Below are positions 1 through 8,155 of a DNA stretch of 45,847 bases, in pieces. This DNA comes from a virus. Lineage: Duplodnaviria; Caudoviricetes. Position 1 is the stretch's first letter. Each line of letters starts with the position of its first letter. The notes beneath the pieces are model-generated. The model saw only the letters and a program-made list of their open reading frames with translations. It did not search any database and was not told where the DNA came from. Location: IMG/VR virus record IMGVR_UViG_3300016656_000172, positions 1-45,847 of that record. One strand, given 5' to 3'. The position numbers were made by a program, and so were the translations under genes.

Positions 1-501
1 TCAATTGTCGGTACCGGTGTAGGTGCGCCAAGGCACCTTCACACCGTTTACGAGGAATCCCCAGTCACCGCGCCACTTGCTGGTGATGAAGAGGGTGATG
101 ACGCCGCCGGGTGATACCTGGTCGATGCGGTGGTATTCGCCGTGGTTGAGGCGGGCGGTTTCTCCGGTCGCTCGACGGCGCCACATGATTTGGCGCTGCT
201 CGATGTACCAGCCGCGCAGGATGATGGTCCGGGCGTTCCACGGGTGATCGTGCAGATCCCGGTCTTCGTCCGGCCGCAGGATGTGGTGAATGCGGAACGA
301 CCACGGGCACCACCACAGCGCTGGCTTGTGCGTCTCCCGGCTGTAGGGGTTGAACAGCCACCAGCGGCCCATGTACATCTCGGTGCCGTCGGCGGACATG
401 ATGTGTTGGTACGGGGTGAGCTTGGCGCGGGCGATGAGCCAGTCGGCGACGGCCGGGCGGGCTAGGAGCTTGGCGATCAGGCGCCAGAGAAAGTTGATCA
501 T
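1..501 (-). CDS. Phage protein with cupin-like His motifs
   Basis: DLHDHPW...LRGWY.E...HRI signature. ATG at 501 overlaps the upstream stop (ATGA) and has a GGAGG SD. Confidence 0.7.
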   Translation of the reverse strand: MINFLWRLIAKLLARPAVADWLIARAKLTPYQHIMSADGTEMYMGRWWLFNPYSRETHKPALWWCPWSFRIHHILRPDEDRDLHDHPWNARTIILRGWYIEQRQIMWRRRATGETARLNHGEYHRIDQVSPGGVITLFITSKWRGDWGFLVNGVKVPWRTYTGTDN

Positions 502-776
502 GCGGCCTCCGTTTCGTGTCCTAGGCAACCGTTGCCGGCAAAATCGAAACCCTCACAGGGCGGCCCGAATGGCAGAACTTCTTTGCCTTGGGCCAAGGCC
601 TCGAGTAGATGATCCTTCGCCTCATCGGCGGTGCATTCGCGACCACCCTCCATGCGGAACATGCCTTTGAGCTGGCGCTTGCTGAAGTCACGCAGCGCGC
701 CGCGCACGCTCAGGTGAATGTGGAAGGTGCGGCCGTTCGGGCCGAATGGGTCAGCCGGTTTGTTTTCTGTGGGCAT
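498..776 (-). CDS. Hypothetical phage protein (92 aa)
   Basis: GAGG SD; translationally coupled to the next gene. Confidence 0.75.
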   Translation of the reverse strand: MPTENKPADPFGPNGRTFHIHLSVRGALRDFSKRQLKGMFRMEGGRECTADEAKDHLLEALAQGKEVLPFGPPCEGFDFAGNGCLGHETEAA

Positions 777-871
777 GGGGCGTCCTCGTCGATCGGATCT
801 TCTTGAGTTAGGTGGTTACTGGCTGTCTGAGCTAATCTGTTATTTAGACAGAGATAAAAGGGAGCGGTCGA

Positions 872-1750
872 TTGTTTAAATATTTCAGAGTTGATGGCTG
901 GTCCTTAAACAACCTCCGCAATAGCACTTTCTACTTAAATCATCATTCTGCTTTTAATGACCCCTTCGAGTGTCGATGCGAAGTTCGAAAAGGTTTTCCT
1001 CAGCTAGGTGATACTTCGGGTCGGTTTGCGGATGTCCTGCGAGCGTGGGGCTTTGAGAAAATAGATGACAAGGACGCGCTCGAGTACTATGAAGACTACG
1101 TCTTTAGCTTAGATGGTGGTGAGCCAGATATTGAGCACTACATCGACTGCGCTCGAATCACATGCTTCAGCAGAAGGCCAGATAACCTTCTCATGTGGGC
1201 ACATTACGCTGACGGGCTGCGGGGGTTTTGCGTCGGATTTGATAGACGCGAGATCGCTGACTCGTTGGGTAATGCCAAAATATATGATGTCTCATATGTC
1301 GAAACACCTTCTGTAGTCGACGCGTCTGTGATGGCCGTTCTGCATGATCAGTGGTATTTTAATAATGAAGCTTTCGTTGAAGTTGATGCCTTGTCAAAGC
1401 GTTTTGATGAGGACAGAAAGTGGGAATTATCCCTATATGAAGCTGGTATAGAAGATGCTTATTCCCAGCTTCAAGAGCTATACCAAAAAATGCTGGCTAC
1501 AAAGCCCTTGGCGTGGAGCTACGAAGAAGAATTGCGTTTGATTGAGTGTTGCTCGCGAGACAACTGCGCCGGGGTTATTCTTCCTTATCCAACATCAGCC
1601 GTTGTGTCAGTTATACTGGGAGAGAAAATTACGCAAGAGCATGAAAATGCCATCGTCGGCATAGTTTCCCAACATTTCCCAACTGCTAAAATAAAGAAAG
1701 CTATTAGAGTTAACGGCAGCTTCGACGTCCATATTGTCGACTATGTTTGA
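872..1750 (+). CDS. DUF2971-family protein (accessory gene)
   Basis: FNDPFE, CFS...LMWAHYADG.RGFCVGF and K...WSYEEELR motifs. AT-rich, antisense to the early operon, AAGGGAG SD before a TTG start. Confidence 0.85.
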   Translation: MFKYFRVDGWSLNNLRNSTFYLNHHSAFNDPFECRCEVRKGFPQLGDTSGRFADVLRAWGFEKIDDKDALEYYEDYVFSLDGGEPDIEHYIDCARITCFSRRPDNLLMWAHYADGLRGFCVGFDRREIADSLGNAKIYDVSYVETPSVVDASVMAVLHDQWYFNNEAFVEVDALSKRFDEDRKWELSLYEAGIEDAYSQLQELYQKMLATKPLAWSYEEELRLIECCSRDNCAGVILPYPTSAVVSVILGEKITQEHENAIVGIVSQHFPTAKIKKAIRVNGSFDVHIVDYV

Positions 1751-2673
1751 TCTTTAGGATCAGACAAGAATGTTGAATGCTGTTGCCGCCACTCGCGGAA
1801 CTTGTCCATTGCCAAGGGCTTTAATGCGGTCCACCCGATGGGCCACCCCATCAGCCACTCGACCCATTCCGGGTTCAGTTGGCCACCGTCGGAAGCCATC
1901 ACCGCGTGATCCAGCCGGTCGTTCGATCGGTCGGCCCCAGACTTGCGTGTCAGCGCCGCCGGCGACGACCCCTTCGCCATGCTTGCCACAGGCGTCGGCC
2001 AGGTGTGGACTGCATCCCTCAATCGAATGTGGTGGCCGCCCGCTTTCCGTTTTTGGACGCTCTGCGATCCGCCGCTGCATTCCGTCGAAGTCGGCGTGGG
2101 CCATAGTCGCGCTGCCGAGACCAAGCTCGGTGATCGACGATTGCGTTCCGACTGGCAGTCGCCGCGCCGGCTGTCTCCTGCCAACGGCGTTGGCAACAAG
2201 CCAAATCCTGTCCCGCTGATGGGGCGCTCCGCAGTCGGATGCTGAAACAATGCACCACTGCGCGTCATACCCCATTTCGGCAAGGTCACTGAGGACCAGT
2301 GCAAGTCCTCTTCCCACAAGCAGAGGTGAGTTTTCCAGGTAGACGAGCTCAGGTCGTACCTCGCCAACGATTCTCGCCATTTCACGCCAGAGCCCGGAGC
2401 GCGCGCCGTCAATACCGGCGCCAGTCCCGGCAGCTGAAATGTCCTGACACGGGAATCCGCCAGAAACCACGTCAACAAGGCCTCGCCATGGCTTTCCGTC
2501 AAAACTGCACACGTCAGACCAAATCGGGAAAGTTGGGAGGGCTCGATCGTTTTGTCGTTGCGCCAAAACTTGTGCTGAGTAGGCATCACGCTCAACGGCG
2601 CAGACGGTGCGCCACCCGAGGAGATGGCCTCCGAGTATTCCGCCACCAGAGCCTGCGAAAAGAGCCAGCTCAT
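1741..2673 (-). CDS. Alternative-frame methyltransferase partner (beta-like) with PTP repeats and motif IX
   Basis: 310 stop-free codons in the +1 frame over the whole MTase gene. Contains LLPTP/LWPTP/TWPTP and GQLNPEWVEWLMGWPIGWT, a motif IX-type sequence of phage C5 MTases. Confidence 0.75.
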   Translation of the reverse strand: MSWLFSQALVAEYSEAISSGGAPSAPLSVMPTQHKFWRNDKTIEPSQLSRFGLTCAVLTESHGEALLTWFLADSRVRTFQLPGLAPVLTARAPGSGVKWRESLARYDLSSSTWKTHLCLWEEDLHWSSVTLPKWGMTRSGALFQHPTAERPISGTGFGLLPTPLAGDSRRGDCQSERNRRSPSLVSAARLWPTPTSTECSGGSQSVQKRKAGGHHIRLRDAVHTWPTPVASMAKGSSPAALTRKSGADRSNDRLDHAVMASDGGQLNPEWVEWLMGWPIGWTALKPLAMDKFREWRQQHSTFLSDPKDQT

Positions 2674-2677
2674 TCAT
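1760..2677 (-). CDS. C5-cytosine DNA methyltransferase, catalytic (alpha-like) polypeptide
   Basis: Motif I FAGSGG, motif IV GGFPCQ, motif VI ENSP, motif VIII HQRDRIW, motif X KALGNGQVP. GGAGG SD upstream of ATG 2677. No recognisable motif IX in this frame. Confidence 0.92.
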   Translation of the reverse strand: MNELALFAGSGGGILGGHLLGWRTVCAVERDAYSAQVLAQRQNDRALPTFPIWSDVCSFDGKPWRGLVDVVSGGFPCQDISAAGTGAGIDGARSGLWREMARIVGEVRPELVYLENSPLLVGRGLALVLSDLAEMGYDAQWCIVSASDCGAPHQRDRIWLVANAVGRRQPARRLPVGTQSSITELGLGSATMAHADFDGMQRRIAERPKTESGRPPHSIEGCSPHLADACGKHGEGVVAGGADTQVWGRPIERPAGSRGDGFRRWPTEPGMGRVADGVAHRVDRIKALGNGQVPRVAATAFNILV

Positions 2678-2778
2678 TGTTCCTCCGTGCACCAGGGGGC
2701 TTCGCCGGCTGGCGTGATTCGTAGAAGTGGGGTATTTGTGTTCGGCCCGGCATGGGGCCGGATCAAGGAGAGCAGGCG

Positions 2779-3039
2779 ATGCAAACACACGGCGTTGTTC
2801 GAGCGATAAACCCGCGCCGGGGAATGGTGGGCGTATGGGTTGAAGATCAGAACGGATACACGATCATCGAGATGCTTTCATCGCATGAGATTGAGCTCGG
2901 GGATCAAATGACGTGGTCTGACGGCTACACAATGGGCGGTTGCCAATACCGCAACGTCACGAAAGGATGGGTTGCAGAGGTCTATGTGCAGAACCATGAC
3001 GTGAACGCCCAAAACCTCAAACAGCAACTGTTGGCTTAA
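2779..3039 (+). CDS. Hypothetical 86-aa beta-rich protein (accessory, antisense to operon)
   Basis: AAGGAG SD 8 nt before ATG 2779. Stop overlaps the stop of the convergent gene. Confidence 0.7.
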   Translation: MQTHGVVRAINPRRGMVGVWVEDQNGYTIIEMLSSHEIELGDQMTWSDGYTMGGCQYRNVTKGWVAEVYVQNHDVNAQNLKQQLLA

Positions 3040-3347
3040 TCGTCGAGCCTGATCCGCAGGGCCTCGCGGTTGTAGGCAAGTTTCAATTTCCGCGACACGT
3101 TTTCGGGAATGACGTATTCGTGTCGCGGCGGCGTGAGTAAGGGAAGGGCGCCGCCCGGGCCAAGGCCATGCAGGTGGTGAATCATAAGCGTGATGGCCTC
3201 GCCCTGTTCCTCGATGCCGCTCCAGGCCATCAGCTCAGCAAGAGCTTGGCGCGTAGCGGGCAGGGTGTGGAACCGAACCTCTACTTCGCCGCGGCTCTTC
3301 CTCTTCGCCGCGGCTTTCTCTGACCGTTCCGCGTTGCTCTTGGCCAT
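3036..3347 (-). CDS. Hypothetical phage protein (possible small DNA-binding protein)
   Basis: GAGG SD, basic N-terminus, lies in the early-left operon. Confidence 0.75.
   Translation of the reverse strand: MAKSNAERSEKAAAKRKSRGEVEVRFHTLPATRQALAELMAWSGIEEQGEAITLMIHHLHGLGPGGALPLLTPPRHEYVIPENVSRKLKLAYNREALRIRLDD
3090..3128. repeat. Inverted repeat CCGCGACACG-N19-CGTGTCGCGG (copy 1 of a dispersed element)
   Basis: Perfect 10-bp arms; related copies at 12496 and 19490. Confidence 0.8.
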
Positions 3348-3428
3348 GGCCTACCTCTTCAATTCCGCTGGCCGGCAAGTCCAGCCAGGTCTGTCGGCGG
3401 CGCGTGGCCGCCCGGTTGATGGTTCGTC

Positions 3429-3893
3429 TCACGCTGCGACCTTCACCTGATGCCAGGCGCCGGCGACGTAGAACAGCTTCGCGGCTTGGGCTTCATCCAT
3501 CGAAACCTCGTCCGGAATGGCGATCCAGCCTGACGCCACCAGATGGTTCGGGTTGGCGCTGTTGCGCAGCTCCAAGTAGTAATGCTCGATGGCATCGGTC
3601 AGGCGCTCGACCTTGTAGATGCCCTCGGGCGAGATCTCGACCGACTTGATGTACTCGGCGCCGCGCTCGTCGCGACACATGGCGCCGATGTAGATCGTCC
3701 AGCGGTAGGAGAAATCGAAGATCGCGTTGGCGATCGCCAGACTGCGGATCTGCTTGCAGCTCTTCCAGTTCGCCATGATCTGGCAGCCGCTGGGGTCGAT
3801 GTTCACCACCGCAACGTGGTTGGTGCGCAGCAGCGCCCGGCAGCTGCGTTCAGCCCGGGCGAAGCCGTTGTTGGGTTTGCGTTTCGACTTCAT
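3429..3893 (-). CDS. Hypothetical phage protein (154 aa)
   Basis: ATGA coupling to the upstream gene; operon context. Confidence 0.8.
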   Translation of the reverse strand: MKSKRKPNNGFARAERSCRALLRTNHVAVVNIDPSGCQIMANWKSCKQIRSLAIANAIFDFSYRWTIYIGAMCRDERGAEYIKSVEISPEGIYKVERLTDAIEHYYLELRNSANPNHLVASGWIAIPDEVSMDEAQAAKLFYVAGAWHQVKVAA

Positions 3894-4132
3894 AGCGAGT
3901 CCGCCATTCTGCGTAGGGCCTTGCGGTCGGCGGCCGAAATCGGCTTCGGGCGCCGCTTGAGGACCGTTTCAGGGTCTATTTTGTTGGAGCGGGGCGGTGG
4001 CAGCGGATTTCGCGGCGGACTTTTAAGTTGGTCGATCCGCCCGCCGGCGGCCAGGTACTGGGCGACTCGTTCAGAGATCGCCTCAGCGTCCGGCCGGTGC
4101 TGCTCCACCAGGTTGAGGTGGTTGCTGATCAT
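3890..4132 (-). CDS. Hypothetical phage protein (80 aa)
   Basis: Coupled by ATGA overlaps on both sides. Confidence 0.75.
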   Translation of the reverse strand: MISNHLNLVEQHRPDAEAISERVAQYLAAGGRIDQLKSPPRNPLPPPRSNKIDPETVLKRRPKPISAADRKALRRMADSL

Positions 4133-5751
4133 GCGGCCACCTTGACCAGCTTGACGCCGGCCATGCTGAACTTAGCGCCCTGGGCGGCGACCATTGCGTC
4201 GAGTGCCTCCCAGTCCACGGTCAGCACCGAAATAGGCGCTTGGCCGTAGGCGACAGCTTTGATCAGCGATTCCAGATCGAACACTTCAGCCTGCAGGTTC
4301 ACCGGCGTCGCGGTTGCAGTCGATGGTTTCGAGGCTGACTGAACTGGCGCCGCAGCTTTCATCGGTGCCGGGCTGGCAACTGGAGCCTGTTCGATCGGCG
4401 CCTTGGCCTTTGCCTCGTCCTCGATTCGCTTCAGCTCCTGCTGGCGGATCTGCTCGCGCTGGGCTTCGGCTTTCTGCTCCTCGGCCTTCTGGTGTTCCGA
4501 AATCCGCAATTTGATCAGCGTGATCAAATCGTCGTTTGCCTTCATCACCAGTTGCTGAATATCGTTAAACAGGAAAGCGTAGTCGGCCGCCAGCTCAGCC
4601 AAGCTGGCCAGGTTCAGGCGAATCGCGTCGGCGGCCTGGCTCGCGGCGATTTTCGCGCGGGCCAGCTCAGTATCTACAGCGTCCTGCAAGCTGGCGATCG
4701 TTCGCTTGTTCTTCATGACGCCGGCGAAGTCTGCGGCGACTACCGGCATGGTGACCCGGCCCAGCGTCTTGTTGATCGCCGCGATATGGTCTGTCAGCGA
4801 CTGCTCTGCTTTCTGCTTGATGTTGGTCTTCACCAGCAGCTCTTGAGCCTTCACCAGTTTGTCGACCTTCAGTCGAGTCTCGCGAGCGTGAGCGCTGATC
4901 CGATCCAGTGAGGAAAACAGGTCGTCAATGGTCTGGGTTTGAGATAGTGCCTGTTTCTTCGCCGTCGCCACGGCCTCTTCAACATCGCCGCACCATTTCA
5001 CGGCCTTCTTGGCGTCGGCGAAGTCCTGATCTGTAGTCAGCTCGGTCTTCACGGAGTCGATCACCGCCAGTGCCGATTCCTCGAACACTTTTAGGTTGCT
5101 CGCGGTGACCATGCCAGTCAGTTCGATGCGTAGCGCTGGCAGCTCGTCCGGGGCCTTGCCGACGACAATAGAAGGCGCCTCGGCCAATTCGAAGTTGGCC
5201 AGGTCGGCCTCGAACTGTTTCCAGCCTTCCACCAACTGCGCGGCCCGGCCAGCGACAGGCCGATACTCCATGTGCACGAAGTTTTCAGGGGTACCGTCTG
5301 AGCAAACAAAGATCACACGCTCGGCGCCGCTCACCAGCAGTTGCTGTTCAAGCTGCCAGTAGTAATGCGGCTCCAGATTTTCGGCACGAACCTGGGCAGC
5401 CAGCGATTCATTCCAGAGCTTGTGCTCGAAAAGCGTCTCGCCGAGCATCGTCGCGCCGTCCATAGAGGCGAGCAGGTTTCCGTCGGTACCTACAACCGGG
5501 TACAGCTCTTCGCCGATCATGACTTCAACCAGTGGCCGGGCCAGCGCTTCAGTGGCGTGGCCTTTGTCGAAGATGTACTGCTGAGCTTGGGTGACTTCCG
5601 GCGCAATTCCGGTTTTTTTCAGCGTCAGCAGCTCGGAACGGGTTTGGTACTTCGAGGCTCCCATCATTGCTGGGGCCTCGGAGGCGGTGAAGTGCTGGGC
5701 GCGGAGTGCATGCCACTCGGCGGAGCCTTGAGCTACGTTGTGAATTTTCAT
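4129..5751 (-). CDS. YqaJ / lambda-exonuclease-family recombination exonuclease with long helical C-terminal extension
   Basis: QGS.EW..LR, TASE, G...E, ASMDG, EHK and YYWQLEQQ motifs; adjacent to Bet. Confidence 0.92.
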   Translation of the reverse strand: MKIHNVAQGSAEWHALRAQHFTASEAPAMMGASKYQTRSELLTLKKTGIAPEVTQAQQYIFDKGHATEALARPLVEVMIGEELYPVVGTDGNLLASMDGATMLGETLFEHKLWNESLAAQVRAENLEPHYYWQLEQQLLVSGAERVIFVCSDGTPENFVHMEYRPVAGRAAQLVEGWKQFEADLANFELAEAPSIVVGKAPDELPALRIELTGMVTASNLKVFEESALAVIDSVKTELTTDQDFADAKKAVKWCGDVEEAVATAKKQALSQTQTIDDLFSSLDRISAHARETRLKVDKLVKAQELLVKTNIKQKAEQSLTDHIAAINKTLGRVTMPVVAADFAGVMKNKRTIASLQDAVDTELARAKIAASQAADAIRLNLASLAELAADYAFLFNDIQQLVMKANDDLITLIKLRISEHQKAEEQKAEAQREQIRQQELKRIEDEAKAKAPIEQAPVASPAPMKAAAPVQSASKPSTATATPVNLQAEVFDLESLIKAVAYGQAPISVLTVDWEALDAMVAAQGAKFSMAGVKLVKVAA

Positions 5752-6563
5752 GCTGTGTCTCCGTCGATGGCTTTCAGGTTATGGATGGTTTCGATCTGGT
5801 CGTCGCGTAGCGTGTATTTGCTACTGACGTTGGCGATGATGTGTTCCGGACTGGTGCGACCCGCGTCAATGAGCGGCTGCCACTTTTCGATGTTTGCCGC
5901 CAAAAGCTCGTCGGGGTAATCAGGTTTCGCATCCGGCTCTTGCTGGGTTTGTCGTGTCGGTGAAATGTCCTTTGCTGGCTCTTCGAACGACTTGCCTTCC
6001 ATTTCATCCGCCGTGGGAGCAGATCCGACCTCTGGAAAGGCCTTGCGCAGTGCCTGAGCCTCGGCACACTTCGCCAGCTGGGCGAAGGCGCGGCGCTTCC
6101 ACATGGAGTTCGGCGCAATGGTGTCTTTGGCTGCCGTGGCGTAGTTTTCGAGCCAGCGCTCATTAGCGGTGAACTCGGCGACAAGGCCGTTCGACATCTG
6201 CCTTTTGACGGTCACTCGGCACCACTCTGGATAAGTGACTTCAACGCCGCCCAACTTTGCTGTGATCGATGGCCCGTACTCCGGATCGCTGATTCCGGCG
6301 TATTGACCGGTGCGCGCAGCCTGAATGCGGTAAAGGCCGATACCGGGCATGACCGTGTCGACCATCCCGCGGCCTTTTTGGTAGATGGGAACGATGTGCA
6401 CCGGCTTGAGCATCGGATCGAGCTGAGCCGCCTTGCAGTAGGCCAGCACCATCACTACAGAGTTGTGCGCCGCGCCTGGATACAGGCTTCCGCTCAGCAC
6501 TTCGACGAGCGCGTCCTCGGAGATGGCTGGCAGATGGTCAGCCTGTTTCATTACTGCGGACAT
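5748..6563 (-). CDS. bet: Phage recombination protein Bet (ssDNA annealing protein)
   Basis: YCKAAQLDPMLKPVHIVP, GIGLYRIQAARTG and W...AQLAKCAEAQALRKAFP motifs. Confidence 0.92.
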   Translation of the reverse strand: MSAVMKQADHLPAISEDALVEVLSGSLYPGAAHNSVVMVLAYCKAAQLDPMLKPVHIVPIYQKGRGMVDTVMPGIGLYRIQAARTGQYAGISDPEYGPSITAKLGGVEVTYPEWCRVTVKRQMSNGLVAEFTANERWLENYATAAKDTIAPNSMWKRRAFAQLAKCAEAQALRKAFPEVGSAPTADEMEGKSFEEPAKDISPTRQTQQEPDAKPDYPDELLAANIEKWQPLIDAGRTSPEHIIANVSSKYTLRDDQIETIHNLKAIDGDTA

Positions 6564-6606
6564 GGGGAATCCTTGCCGCGCCCAGCGCAGCGATTGAATG
6601 CTTGGT

Positions 6607-6723
6607 TTATTGAGTGATGCGGTCGGCGAGGGCGCTGAGCAGCATCAGGAAGGTGAAAACGCCGAGGCAAGAGAACGCACCGCGCCAGATGATCAGGCGC
6701 CGCGCCCACTGGCGGCTGGTCAC
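6607..6723 (-). CDS. Small membrane peptide (38 aa, GTG start)
   Basis: GTGA overlap with the upstream stop; one hydrophobic segment. Confidence 0.55.
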   Translation of the reverse strand: MTSRQWARRLIIWRGAFSCLGVFTFLMLLSALADRITQ

Positions 6724-6845
6724 TGGAACACCTTGTAGGTGGTCGACTGCGGCGGCTGGCAGGTGCTGGAGGAATCGCGCGCCACGTTGTAGCTGGCCAT
6801 CACGATCAGCAAACCGCCGGCGAGAACCCAAAACATGATCTTCAT
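6720..6845 (-). CDS. Small membrane peptide (41 aa, MKIMFWVLAGGLLIVMAS...), not in the ORF track
   Basis: ATGA overlap with the upstream gene, GTGA overlap downstream, N-terminal hydrophobic helix. Confidence 0.6.
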   Translation of the reverse strand: MKIMFWVLAGGLLIVMASYNVARDSSSTCQPPQSTTYKVFQ

Positions 6846-7036
6846 GGCCTGGCCCTCACGGCGATGCGTCCGCCTTTCATGGTCACCGACAGACGCTGCG
6901 GGAGGTGGTCCACCAGATCCTCGCGCTTGCGGCCGATCACCTCGTTGAAGGGGAGGCCGAAACCCAGTACGGCGATCTTGCGCTCGATGTCCGCCAGTTG
7001 CTCATCAACCAGCGTTGTTACGATTGGCGTGGTCAT
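6842..7036 (-). CDS. Hypothetical phage protein (64 aa)
   Basis: AAGGAG SD; ATGA coupling. Confidence 0.75.
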   Translation of the reverse strand: MTTPIVTTLVDEQLADIERKIAVLGFGLPFNEVIGRKREDLVDHLPQRLSVTMKGGRIAVRARP

Positions 7037-7266
7037 GCTGCAGCTCCTTGCGTGACTGAAGCGTTGTAAGAGGCGTAAATCTGATCAATGCGAGCGCGGT
7101 AGTGGCGATGCTCTGCGTCGTCGATGGCTCGAAGCATGAACGCCAACGTGATGCAGGAAGTCGCCGCAGCGCTGGCGTTAGGTTGGCCGAGGTCGCGAAT
7201 CATGTTGTTGATCTCACCCTCGATCCAGGTGATCGCTGTCTGATGGTCACGCTGCTGGATGTTCAT
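7033..7266 (-). CDS. Hypothetical phage protein (77 aa)
   Basis: ATG 7266 overlaps the upstream stop. Confidence 0.7.
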   Translation of the reverse strand: MNIQQRDHQTAITWIEGEINNMIRDLGQPNASAAATSCITLAFMLRAIDDAEHRHYRARIDQIYASYNASVTQGAAA

Positions 7267-7499
7267 TTCAGCCCCCAGAATTCGCCGTAGGCGACGACAG
7301 CTGCTGCGACGCGCTTGGCTCGGGCCTTGCGGTCGATCAGTTCCTGCGCCGCGGCCTGCTGCTGCAACTGAGTGCACTTCAATACCGCGGCCTCGTAGTC
7401 GTGGAAGTCTTCAGGCTTCGGCGCTTTCGGGCGCCCCCAATCGTCGTAGCGCCTGTCCCACTCTCGGGCCTGCGCACTGTCTGCATAGCTGGTTGCCAT
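7263..7499 (-). CDS. Hypothetical phage protein (78 aa)
   Basis: GGAGG SD before ATG 7499. Confidence 0.75.
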   Translation of the reverse strand: MATSYADSAQAREWDRRYDDWGRPKAPKPEDFHDYEAAVLKCTQLQQQAAAQELIDRKARAKRVAAAVVAYGEFWGLK

Positions 7500-7537
7500 G
7501 GTCGCCTCCGTGGTGGCGGGGTGTTGATCCAACAAAA

Positions 7538-7597
7538 CTCGGATGCACTCGTTCGCTCCGCTGGTTGCCGTTGGGCGCGGAGGGGAGTGCATTCGGG
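7538..7597 (-). other. Long imperfect RNA hairpin in the early-left transcript
   Basis: CTCGGATGCACTC / GAGTGCATTCGGG outer stem with CTCCGC / GCGGAG inner stem. Confidence 0.6.
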
Positions 7598-7689
7598 TGG
7601 TGTCGAAAGGTGTAGGGAGGGATAACGGTGTAGCGCTTTAGTGGGGCCGGCGGTGGAGTCTTAGTCCTAGCCGCCGGCAACGAGCATGG

Positions 7690-7824
7690 TTACTCTACGA
7701 TGCAAATCCAGCGGTGATCTTCCCGATACGGCGCGCGAGTGAAGTGAACATCTGAAACCAGATTCATGCCTCGCTCTTGGAGCGCTTCGGTCAGTTGTAC
7801 GAGTGTCTCTGCTTGGATAGTCAT
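7690..7824 (-). CDS. Small hypothetical protein (44 aa, MTIQAETLVQLTEALQERG...), not in the ORF track
   Basis: GAGGTG SD, ATG 7824 to TAA 7690. Confidence 0.6.
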   Translation of the reverse strand: MTIQAETLVQLTEALQERGMNLVSDVHFTRAPYREDHRWICIVE

Positions 7825-8155
7825 TGCTGTCACCTCGTCAGATTTACTGCGTTCATAGTTCTTGACCGAGCGGGCAAGTCGCTAATTCATTTTTTCTACT
7901 TCGGCGATTGTTCAATCCATACCGCAGAGCGCTCCCTGACTGTCCCCTTCATCTGAGATTTAGGGCAAGGAGTACTCTGCGCTATGGATTGATGCCGCTT
8001 CAGAAAAGCGGCATCGATAAATCTTCTTGTTCTTCGCACCTGCTTACCAGGTCATTCGCTCAGTTCGATTAACACCTCGTCCGCCGTCGCAGTGGGCTGG
8101 CGTACTTTGCTGGCTAGTTGCTACTCTGCGATATGGCCAAGGAGTGGGGTTTCAT

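Noticed and set aside
1741-2677. Methyltransferase as a frameshifted pseudogene or sequencing error
   Set aside because: Both frames are open end to end with their own ATGs. A single polypeptide would need two compensating shifts (into frame B for motif IX and back for motif X).
3235-3432. 65-aa Arg-rich ORF
   Set aside because: It overlaps the 3036-3347 gene extensively. It may be a coupling peptide, but support is insufficient.
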